Origin: Lobosporangium transversale
Taxonomy: Eukaryota
DNA: 64,000 nucleotides
Reading direction: 5' to 3'
Assembly (NCBI RefSeq): GCF_002105155.1
Contig: NW_019028998.1
Location: forward strand, 496,001-560,000
The notes below the pieces were generated by a model. The model was given only the letters and a program-made list of their open reading frames with translations. It searched no databases and was not told the origin of the DNA. Position numbers and translations under genes: made by a program. The first letter of the stretch is position 1, and each line of letters opens with the position of its first letter. This document shows, one piece after another, positions 24,865-36,393 of this stretch.

Positions 24865-27800
24865 ATGGATGTATCAATAGTATCCTCGGAAAGTTCGTCC
24901 TGGTGTGGTCCCCAGGGATGGGTAAAGAAAACAAAGCATTATGACGCATCTTCATTACATCCAGAAAAGAAAAGTCAGTACACTAATACATGTTTCATAT
25001 TCATATAAATGAATATTTCATTTAACAGGGCCCATTGAACCATGATGGTGTCTCTCTCTCCCCTTGCTTCTGGCACACAGTCCTCTTGGGAATACCTGCA
25101 TTAGCGGCAACGGCTGTGTTCCTAATCAGAGCCATTTATCTACGTCATCATGGAGTTCCTCATGGGTTGGGTCATGTCTTTGTATACTGGCCTAGCCAAT
25201 TGGCGCTCTTCATCGCTGTCGGTGCGCTGGCCGCATATACGTTTGAGTTCTTCGGAAACCATGATGGCTATTATTCTGTGTTTGCTGCTGGGTCCTTAAT
25301 TATGTCATGGGTATGTCGGCAATCGCAAAAAAAAAAAAAAAAAAAAAAAGAAAGAATCACCATGCAATGCAAATTTGAATTTGAATGTCGAATCTAATTG
25401 TTAAATCTCGAAAAAATCACTACAAATGTAACAGATCCAAACCATTCGACTCAACGAACTTGAGTCCAGATATAACATTCGATCCTCCAGCTATGTTTTC
25501 CTGAATGAGTTGTATGCAGTGATTACTACTTTTGTATCTCTGTACTCGCTCTATGCACAAGGACAAACTATTTCCAAGTCTTTGTATCTTTACTTCTTTG
25601 CCATCTTGACCGCATTCTTCTTCGAGGCTTTACCGCGCGGCTATACCCATGTTCAAAAACAGAGCAATGCCAATCACCATGATAAAGCCAATTTGTTTAG
25701 TAGATGGACTTTCCATTACTTGCAGCCGATCGTCTCCTTGGGATACAGGCGGCCTTTAACTCTTGATGATATTGAGGATACGATGCCGAAACACATTGAG
25801 ACCAAGCAAGGGTATAGAGAGTTGACCAACAGTTGGGAGGAAGAGAAACGATGGGCTCATCAGAAGAGCCAAACTCAGATTGGACATGAGTGTGACAATG
25901 ACAAAAGTAACAGAAGTGGGCAGAATAAGAAAATGACACCTAGTCTGATGAAAGTTATTGTCAAGACCTTCTTTTGGCCCCTTATTTTCGTGAGTTTAGT
26001 TCAGCTGGCTTCATCCTCTCTTCAATTTGTCCTTCCTGTTTTGATCCATCATATTTTGGCCTATATCGAGTCTGAGGATGAAACTATACCACGATCGCGT
26101 GGTGTAATCTTGGCGTTGGGCATGTTTGTGGTCAACATCATGGTATCCTTCTTGTCGGGACAATTCAATAAGCAGATCACTGAGCTAGGCCTTGAAGTTC
26201 GAAGTGCGCTAATTTCCATGATCTATCGTAAGGCCTTGGTCTTGTCTCCCAAGAGTAGAAATAATAAGGGTTCTGCAGGTGAAATCACTAACCATATGTC
26301 GACTGACGCTGAGAAGTGGACCAAGGACCTTTTCTGGGTTATTTGTTGGGTCACCGTTCCATTTGAAATCCTGGTCGCTTCAGTCATGTGTAGGTTTTTG
26401 CATTCCTTGTTGATTGTCTAGCCGAGATACTTTTATAATGCTAACTTTTTTTTTTCTTCTTTTTTCTTACCAATCTTACTAGTATACAATGTCTTGGGGT
26501 GGTCAGTACTATGCGGTCTCTTTACCATCGTGGTGATTACTCCAATTCAAGGCAAAGCAGGCAGATTTTTCGATTCCGCAGGCGATGCTCGGTTGGAGGC
26601 CATGGATAGCCGTGTTCGCATCATGAGCGAGTTGTTGTCCCATATCAAAAACATCAAACTGTATGGCTATGAGCCTCACTTCAAGGACAAGGCTACATCT
26701 TACAGAGAGCAAGAGATCAATCTTTTGCGTCAGACAGGCAAGGTTATGTCTCTCTTGACGATTATTTTCACTTGCTTACCTTTATTCATGGCGTTTGTCT
26801 CGTTTGCGGTTTATGCCAGTGTCGGTGGCCCTGGTTTCACACAAGGTGATATGAATGCTCAGGTGATCTTTGTCAGCGTCTCGCTATTCTCGCTATTGTA
26901 CAGGCCTATCGGAATCATGTCGCGTCTGGCAGAATCGACCATTGGCCTTCGAGTGGCCACTCGTCGTGTTCAAAAATTTTTGCTCAAGGAAGAACAGGAC
27001 CCATTGGCGATTGAGCGTGATCCCAATGTGCCTAAGGACCCTAATGTACCTCTTATTCAGATCGAGAATGGAACCTTTGCTTGGGCGCCCGAACATGAAA
27101 ATCCCGCAGAGGAGGATAACGATGCTGGCGGTGGTGATAATGATGATGAGAGTAGTCAGGAGCAAATAACAGAAACAACAGCGCTCTTGACTGCAGAACA
27201 GAATAGCTCCAATGGCCCGGCGCTAGTGGGCATCAATGCTTCATTTGCTCGTGGATCTCTGACAGCAGTAGTAGGCCGAGTTGGGCAAGGCAAGTCATCG
27301 TTGCTGAGTGCAATGATTGGCGATATGTATAAGCGAGAAGGTCATGTCCGAATCTATGGATCGGTTGCCTATGTACCACAGCAAGCCTGGATTATCAATG
27401 CGACTGTCAGGGATAACATTGTTTTTGGAAAGCCATTTGATCAAGAAAGATACGGCCGCGTCTTATTTGCTTCAGGATTACTCCCAGATCTACAAGTCCT
27501 GGCTGCTGGAGATCAAACAGAGATTGGAGAGCGTGGCATCAATCTTTCTGGCGGCCAAAAGCAGCGTGTATCCTTGGCTCGTGCAGCTTACTTGAACGCG
27601 GATATTTATCTCTTGGATGATCCTCTCAGCGCTGTGGACGCTCATGTAGATCAACATCTATGGGAGCACTTGCTTGGTCCAACAGGTTTGCTCAAGGACA
27701 AGACTCGTGTCTTGGTTACACACGGAATCCACCATTTAGAGCAAGTTGACCATATTTTGCTGATCAGGGATGGCAGAATTAAGGAGGCTGGAGGCTATAC

Positions 27801-30060
27801 GCACTTAATGAAAGCCAACGATGTGTTTTACAACCTCATCAAGGAGTTCTCAATTGGAAGGAAGAAAAAAGTCAAGCATGCTTCTACCTCATCCAATACT
27901 ACCGGGGATGAAGATGAGTCTTCTACCATTGCCGATGAAGTCGATAGTGTCAAGGGTGGCGGAGAGCATGAAGCTGCTGATGGTGGGCTTGTGGATGAGG
28001 AAAATACCCAAGTCGGTATCGTTGGATGGAGTACGTTCAAGGCTTACTGTGAGGCGATGTAAGTGTCTTATGTGTTTGTGGGTGTTCACAATAATAACGT
28101 GTTGCTATAGCTGGCCCTAATTCCTCTATTATCAATGTTTTCAATGCTATTACCAAGGTCCTATTACTACTTTACAATCACCGTATTGCTGTACTTGGTT
28201 TGGGAAATATTCCAGCAGAGTGTACCTTTTTGGTTGGAATACTGGACTCGAGTGGCTAATACGACAACTCACACCGTGATCTACTTTTTATCGGTGTATG
28301 CAGCTTTGGTCATTGCCTACATTGCTGTGGATGTGTACCTGACTTACGTCTCCAATGTCCATGCCTGTTTGAGAGCCTCCATAGTTCTTCATGAAAACTT
28401 ACTTGCACGCGTCCTTCGCCTTCCTATGTGCTTCTTTGATGTCACTCCGTAAGTGTTCCGCTACCTCCCCTTCTTCTCCCTTATTTTTGTTTTTCTGCCG
28501 CAGGTACTCATCTTTTTTTTTTTTTTTGTTTACCAGTACTGCAGTTCACTGAGACTAATTTCAATTTATTTCCTCTTCCTGCTATGAACTAGTCAAGGAC
28601 GCGTATTGAACAGATTCTCATCCGATATCTCCTGCATTGATGAAACAGTGCCCGATAGTTTTCTTAGTCTTTTGACCTGTTTCTTCAACTTGTTGGGGAC
28701 ATTATTCATCCTTACTTTCGCCACACCAGCATTTATTGCAACTCTTCCTGTTATGGCTCTGATCATTCTTGTGATTCAACGGTACTATATTAAGACCTCG
28801 AGCATGCTTCGCCGACTGGAATCCATCTCAAAATCACCCCTCTATCAGCATTTTGACGAGACGTTAAACGGTGTCTCCTCAATTCGAGCAATGGGTATTC
28901 AAAGCCGATTCATTGACGAGAATGCAGCCCGATCGGACCGATTCGCGAATGCCTATTACTCGTCAATGATGATTAATCGATGGCTCAATGTTCGATTGGA
29001 GGCCCTCTCTACGTTATCAGTTCTGATTGTTGCCTTATTAGCGGTTGGGAATAAGGATTCATTGAGCCCCAGTATTGCAGGCCTTGCTCTTAGCAACTCT
29101 TTGAGCTTAACTTACAACGTGATCTGGACTTTGAGATCATACTGTGATCTAGCAGGAGATTTGGTAGCGGTGGAACGTGTTCATGAGTATTCTAACAAGC
29201 GTACAGAGGCACCCAACTCTATCGCGATTGAGTTGCCTCACAATTGGCCATCTCAAGGTCGAGTTAGCTTCAAGAATTATTCAGCAAGGTATCGTCAAGG
29301 GTTGGACTTAGTGATCAAAAATGTCTCGTTTGAAGTCAATCCAGGACAGCGAATTGGTATCGTAGGTCGAACAGGTGCAGGCAAGTCATCTCTGACATTG
29401 GCCTTGTTCCGTATTATTGAAGCCGCAGACTCTTACTGGGCTCGCGCAAGCGCTCAAGACGGACATTTTAATGATGGCACCAATGTTGAACCCTTAATTG
29501 ATGGTGGTCATATCGAGATTGATGAGGTTGATATTTCAACATTGGGACTGAAAGATTTGCGTCAACGTCTGTCAATCATCCCACAGGATCCCACGCTCTT
29601 TTCTGGCACCATCCGCGAAAACTTGGATCCATTTGATCAAGCGACCGATGCAGAGATCTGGGAAGCTTTGGATCGAGCTCATTTGAAGGACTATATTTCT
29701 TCATTGACGAATGGACTCTCGTTTGAAGTTGCACAGAATGGGGAGAACCTCTCAGTAGGACAGAGATCGCTATTGTGTTTAGCTCGTGCGCTGCTTCGCA
29801 AAAGCAAAGTACTAGTTTTGGACGAAGCAACTGCAGCTGTGGATGTGGAAACGGACGAGCTAATCCAGAAGACGATTCGAAAGGAGTTCCAGGATCGAAC
29901 AATTTTGACGATTGCTCACCGCATCAAGACTATTATGGATTACGACAAGATCCTAGTCTTAGAGAAGGGACAAGTCGAGGAGTATGATACCCCTGCCAAT
30001 TTATTGCGAAAGAAAGGACTGTTTTACAGCCTGGCTGAACAGGCTGGTGAGACTCATTAA
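24865..30060 (+). CDS. ABCC/MRP (Ycf1-like) full-size ABC transporter with TMD0
   Basis: Multi-exon. N-terminal WCGPQGWGP..LSPCF, ANLFSRWTFHYL, NBD1 GRVGQGKSS/LSGGQKQR/LLDDPLSAVD and NBD2 GRTGAGKSS/LSVGQRS/LVLDEATA. Confidence 0.93.
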
Positions 30061-30221
30061 ATAAGAGACGAATAGAAAAATAACAAATACTGAATAATAA
30101 TGATAGTAAATGTATATGTTTTTATTCAAGTTTTAATAGTGTATATTTTACAAATGAAGGAGATTTTGGTACGCACTTCTGTACTGTACAAGCTTTGCCT
30201 TTTTTGTTTACATTTTTCACT

Positions 30222-31106
30222 TTAAGCAATGGTTGAACGCCAATTGGGAGCACGCTCAAAGCCATTCTGTCCAAATTGGTAGTCTACAAACGTGTCATAG
30301 ATCTCCTTTTGTGAGTTCATTACAAATGGTCCATGTTGAACAATGGGTTCCTTCAAAGGCTCGCCTGCAATCAACACAAAGTGGGCGTCCTCATCCTTGG
30401 TTGTGATCTTGACTGTTTCGGCTCCGTCCTCCGAGAACGTAAGGGTGTGGTGAGCCTCACCCTTGAACTCCTTGTCACCTACATAAATGGTTCCCTTGAG
30501 TGTGTAGATGAATCCAGTGTAGTTGGCAGGGATGGATTGCTCAACTGCTTTGTTCTTGTCCATCTTGAAATCGAGATACATTGTTGGTGTGCGAGTGTAG
30601 ACCTTGCTCTTGACTCCATGTGACTCGCCTGCAATCACCTTCACCACCACTCCTTCCTGTGGATTAGCACGAGGGATCTGGCCATCGAGCAGCTCCTGGT
30701 ATTGAGGCTCACACATCTTGTGTTCCTTGGGCAAGTTGATCCAGAGCTGAAGTCCATGAGCACGGGTCTGGGACTTGACAGGCATCTCTGAATGGACAAT
30801 ACCACGTCCAGCAGTCATCCATTGCAAGTCTCCAGGTCCGATGGTCCCTTTGTGTCCTGCAAAGTCTTCATGCTGGAACTGACCCTCAAGCATATAAGTG
30901 ACGGTCTCGAATCCACGGTGAGGGTGGTCAGGGAAGCCACCGTTCTTGTCAACATTGAACTCGTCGAGCATGAGGAAAGGATCGTGATTACGGAGTTCGG
31001 GCCGTCCAATAGATCGACGGACTCGGGCTCCAACACCCTCGGCTTGTTCTCTAGAAAGAACAGCCTTGATAACTGATCGTGAAGCTCTGGCAAGTGAAGA
31101 AGTCAT
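30222..31106 (-). CDS. Pirin, copy 2, intronless
   Basis: Protein identical to copy 1 except for the first ~19 residues and the last residue. Confidence 0.96.
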   Translation of the reverse strand: MTSSLARASRSVIKAVLSREQAEGVGARVRRSIGRPELRNHDPFLMLDEFNVDKNGGFPDHPHRGFETVTYMLEGQFQHEDFAGHKGTIGPGDLQWMTAGRGIVHSEMPVKSQTRAHGLQLWINLPKEHKMCEPQYQELLDGQIPRANPQEGVVVKVIAGESHGVKSKVYTRTPTMYLDFKMDKNKAVEQSIPANYTGFIYTLKGTIYVGDKEFKGEAHHTLTFSEDGAETVKITTKDEDAHFVLIAGEPLKEPIVQHGPFVMNSQKEIYDTFVDYQFGQNGFERAPNWRSTIA

Positions 31107-31829
31107 TGTAGTATATTGATGTTGCTGATTTAGCGTCGAATCTAGAGGAGAGAGAATATGTATTTGTGTATCTGTTTCTTTTATTCTGCGTGCTTTAGTT
31201 TTTGATGAAGAAAAATTTGGGGTCGAGTGATTAAGATATCTTTTTTATACTTTTTTTTGATATTTCTAAGAGTTTCATGGAATCAAAAAGCATGCTCACA
31301 TAATAAGGAAAAATGTGAGATAATAAGCCACATACAGTGGCGTAGCTACTTGGCTCTGCTAAAAAGTATAAACTAAGTCAGCATTTGCTGACCTATCGGA
31401 ATATTCCAGTAATCATTAGTAAATTTCTTCGTTGTTGCAAATGCATTATGATAAATTTAAAAAAATTTTAATAACAAAAACAAAAAAAAGCAAACACAAA
31501 TACAGTTTTGTTACAAGGGAATGAATCCTAACTAAAAATTGCATGGACAAAGGGCAATTATGGAAAATGCAGTTGGTGGGTCAGGAAGAGTAAGGGGGAA
31601 TAATGAGAAGGGAATAAAGGCAAAGGGTTGTTTCCAAAGCCCTTGGCCAGCAGACAAGCAGACGAGAAAAAAAAAATATTACACAAAAAAGAACAAGCTG
31701 GCCGCGTTTGGTTGGTTTACACTCATGCATCTAATGTCTTTTTTTTGTTATCCAGCGAGACCCATTTTCTGATTTTTGTTCGCTCTTCCCGAGAAAAAAA
31801 TGGCTCGTGAGATTCATGCCCTGACCAAC

Positions 31830-32842
31830 TTAGGCCTTGGTAGCCTTAGGCTTCTTCTCCTTGGGAGCGGCAGCAACCTTGGTCTTCTTCTCTTTAGAGG
31901 CAGCGGCAGCAGCCTTCTTCTCCTTAGGGGCAGCAGCCTTCTTGGCAACGGGTTTCTTAGCCTCAGCCTTCTTGACAGCCTTCTTAACAGCAGTAGCCTT
32001 CTTTGGTGCAGTCTGCCATATCGATCAAAACAATACAAATGTAAACATATCAACAACACATCGATCAAAAGTGAATACAGTATTAAGATAAAACTTAGAC
32101 GACTATATCTAATAACAAAGTTACCTTGGTATCCTTCTTAGCACTATCCTTCTTAGGTACAGCCTTCTTAGGTGCGGCAGCCTTCTTGGTAGCGACAGCA
32201 GCGGCAGGCTTCTTGGCCTTCTTCTCCTTGGGCTCCTTCTTCTCCTTAGCCTCCTTCTTCTTAGGCTCCTTCTTAGCCAACTTGATGGGGCCAGACTTAC
32301 CCTTGGGCTGAAGGAAGTCACCAGACTCAACACCGCGCTTGATGGCAGCGTTCAAGTGGACATCGGAGCTATCGCCGACCTTGTAGTTCCCGCTAATATA
32401 TTTCTTTAAGGCTTGGCGGGAAGAGCCGTTGCGCTCCTTGAGGTGAACAAGGGCGGCAATTATCATTTCCTATTGAATCCAAATATCGAATGGAAAAGAA
32501 AAAGGAAAAAAATCATGCGACAATCTTAGTATACTTTCGTCATAATTTTTGCTCTTAATTCTTCATCAATTTTGAATATCCTGAATAAAACCAAAATATC
32601 TGTCGTAGATCTTAATAAATGGTTTTTTTTTGTTATGGTTGTTATGATCCTGGATAAGGCCTGTATACCTTGTAAGGAGGATGTTCAGATTCCTTCTTGG
32701 GAGTGGAGGTCTTGGCCTTCTTGGTAGTAGCGGCCTTAGCAGGGGCTTCAGCAGCGGGGGTGGCAGCGGTAGTGCCAGCAGCAGCAGTGGTACCAGCAGC
32801 AGCAGGGGCAGCATCCTCCTTCTTAGTGCGAGTAGTACCCAT
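31830..32842 (-). CDS. Linker histone H1
   Basis: Exons 32842-32669, 32469-32125 and 32012-31830. H15 globular domain [30 protein letters not shown]...[22 protein letters not shown] and a K/A/P-rich tail. Confidence 0.95.
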
Positions 32843-33074
32843 TGTTAATGTGTGTATTTAGTGAGAAAATCAATAAAAAAAAAATTAAAAAATGCGCTGG
32901 AAAGTGATTGAAGTGCAAAATATATGGCTTTTGACGTTATATGAGTATGAAGAATAAGCGAAAAGAGAGAAAACAGAAAAGAAAAAAAAAGAGAGGAAAA
33001 GGAAAAAAAAAAATGAGAGAAAACAATTCAGTCGAAATATTAAGGTGTTTTCTTCCTTTCTTTCTTTTTTTTAG

Positions 33075-33208
33075 ACGCGTCGTTGAGTAAAAATTACATT
33101 AAAATTTTCTAAAAATTCAAATTTGTTTTTGGACTCAAAATAAATTTTAGGACGCGGCGAAGTGAATTGAGCAGATGCACAAAGTGAGCACAAAAATAAC
33201 AGACGCGT
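33075..33208. promoter_or_regulatory. MCB-like (ACGCGT) cluster upstream of histone H1
   Basis: ACGCGT at 33075 and 33203 and ACGCGG at 33152, each preceded by G, in AT-rich sequence. Confidence 0.45.
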
Positions 33209-36200
33209 GTTTTAAGCTAAAGACTAGATTAATCACGTGTATTTCACAAATATTCATAAAATGAGCCAGTTTGTCCTTTTGTTCACAGAAGACAAATGAC
33301 ACATACTCAGTGGTTTGTGAAAAAAACCACTTTATCTTTATACATGGTATGATAAGAATGCATCAAGCCTTCAGTTTATCTTATCGTCACAATTAGGGAG
33401 TCTATTCATATGGACAATATATGCAGCCTTTTCCTATTGATCTTTGTCTTCGCCATTGTTTCAAGTAGTGAGTGTAGCGGGGACATCTTTTAAAGAATCT
33501 ACAAGTGCACATCAAGAACTGTAACCTGTAGACATGGTTCCCCATTAAGTGTTTGTAGTGTCATTTAAGTATATTTAGACGATAGAATTCATAAGGTTGG
33601 ATTCGATTGATAATCAGACTTTCTGATCCTTATGGACGTCACTCTTACCAAGCCAAACGGACACTCTGCTCCTCATTTGTGCTGAGTCTCCTAGTTGCTC
33701 CTTACTCTCTGGATCAACAGCAAATCCTGCATTGACCAATAACAATTATGATGAGACACAGAGAAAATTTTTTTTCCTGCGAGGAGCTGTGGGCTCGAGG
33801 GTAAAAAGGGCCAATTTTTTATATGACGACATGTACAGGCGCAACAGTGTGTGCCGCTACAGAACAAAGAAACGGAGAGAGTAAAGGTATGCTATTAGAC
33901 AGCTATATTAAATATTGTTTTTGCACAACAAAACTGTTCAACATTGCTGTTGATAGTTAGTTTAATTTATGATAAAAGAAAAGGTTACGTGGATCCAATG
34001 GTGTGGTTGAATACTTGTGCGGTACATGCCAAAAAGATAAGCAATTCCCTGTGATCATCGAATTGATCACAGATGCAGACACAGGACACAATAAAAGAAA
34101 GGGTCGATAGCAGCTGCACATAATATGGTTATGTCATGCGAAAGACTATCTGCTGGTAATGGTGTAATTAGAATCGACACGAGGTCGGTGAAGCCAGTTG
34201 ACAAAAAGGAAAGGGGTATGGACGACGTATGGGATGCTCTGGAGTAGCCCACGATGTATCTTCTGCAATCTACGCCTGTACCTGATTGCTGAGTGGGAAA
34301 GGAATTTTTAAGTTCATTATCCCTTCGTCCGTCACAAGGGCAAATTTGCCATTATAAATGGGCTTAAAACCCAGCAATCCATGGGCACTGTCTTGAAATT
34401 TTATTTCGATGTCGAAATAAATGGCCGAAAACTAAATTGTCATGGAGCTATCCTGGCTTCTTTATTTGTGCAAATAAAAAACTCATGAAGACTTTCGCAT
34501 GACCCTAGCATCCCCTTGGGAGTCCATTGTATCGTTTATTTATTGACTGATGTAATATAACAGCGATAATGTTCGCTGCCGTAGTATCGACTTGAAAGGA
34601 GGGCAATCTGAGTGGAACCATTCTTCCGCACCATGGAGCTTGACTAACTTGATCTTTTCTTGTACAGCTCGGCAAGACTTGATTTGTCACATCGTTCGCT
34701 TCCTCGTCTTCTTGCATTCCTTTGATATATCTGGCTTGGTAAACAGCTTATAGAGTTTGTTGGGCCTGTTGAAACCGGAGGGAACCACAGCAACATATCA
34801 TACCCAAGGTGATACAAATATCTCTGTTGGAGTGAGTGGTGAATTGTGTGTGGTTCAGATGTAGTGGACATAAACGGCGAAAGAATGCATCGAAAGGATG
34901 TGAGCGGTTATGAGAGCAAGGAAGAAGGGGCTGCTATGCCTGTTAAAGTCCTTGGCAAGAGAGCATGGGTAGCGGTTGTGATCAATGGTATAGTTTCTAG
35001 ACCCTATCTTCCACGTACAGCAATGCATTGTTGTTGTTTTCAGACTTGGCACCAATCATGCGAGGTATTTCTTTTTCTGAGGGTTCCTTGTGTTAAACGG
35101 CTAGACAGAAAGCTTAGAAGAGATACAGACACAACGGTGAAAAAAATGTATGTGAGCTGTGTTTATTTGTTGTCTGCACATGCCTTCTTTCATCGCGGGC
35201 TTTTTTTTTCCTTTTTTGTTCGTCAATCACTGTGTGCACGAATAAGCAGCTGAAGCATCTCTTAAGTTTCTGTACATGTATAAACACATTTTACATCGCG
35301 ACGTCTTTTTTTGTTCAAAACACAAGCGTTTTCCATTGGTGCCTCCAAACAAACTTTATTTTGGCGGCCACTCCACAATCATCCCATGGTTATAACAATC
35401 CCTAGGAAAGGATCAAACGCGTCGGTATCAATCTCGCTTCTGTATTTCTAGATGCATATGTTTTGGCGATTGATATCAACTATCAAATTCACACATACAC
35501 ACACCAAACGACCGCCAAAAACCACCACTCTCGCTTCTGCTCTCCCTCCATCCACAAGGCGCTGCGCAATATCACCATTAACAAGGCATCGTCCAGTAAG
35601 AAAGGGTGCTTAGATAGCTTTTACTCCAAGCAATAAGCGCATGCAACTACATCACTCCTATCTCCGCCATTGATGCCGGAATCTGAGAGTCAACGAATAT
35701 CTCTGCTTTAACGCAATAGTACTGGGGCTGTTGGAGCAAAGAGCATCATATGAAGCCATTCTCTGATAAAAAAGACTTTTTTTTCTTTAGTTGTTACCTT
35801 TGACAAGGATATAATCACCGAGGCATTTATTACCCCTGTTCAAAATTATAAATCTTCTTTTATTCATTAAATTCCTCACAAAGCACAAAGCAAGGGCCAG
35901 TGCAAACAAAAGAAACTGAAAAAAAAAAAAAAAAAAAAAAAAAAAATTATGTAACAAAGGATCGACATCGACACTGTATGCTGTATCTGGAGATGATTTT
36001 TTCGAATGCTCACTTCCAATCTGCCGTTCATGCGAGAGCTTGTATTTATTTGTCAATCTCTGCTATTGACTTGAACAAAACCCCAATCCAAACAAAGGAA
36101 CTGAATAAAGATTGATGTGGCCTGTGAAGCAAAGGATCGATATCAAAACTATATGAGACAATGATAAAACTCAATCAATCCAGGATATAAAAAGGGATCA

Positions 36201-36298
36201 TTGTCTTCCCCCTTCAAAGTCCCATCCCTTTTACCACTGCCACTTGTTCCTGTATCTTTTCCTCAATATAAAAAAGCTCATCCTTTTATACCTTTGTC

Positions 36299-36333
<35 letters not shown>

Positions 36334-36393
36334 CATTTCTTTTCATCGCCACCATTTTTCCTTTTTTCTTTCTCTTTCGCTTAGATATTGGCC

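Noticed and set aside
34050..35760. Short ORFs upstream of the Fanzor as a transposase
   Set aside because: The fragments have stops and no DDE, HUH or recombinase motif that I can recognise. They may be decayed coding sequence, but I cannot support a call.
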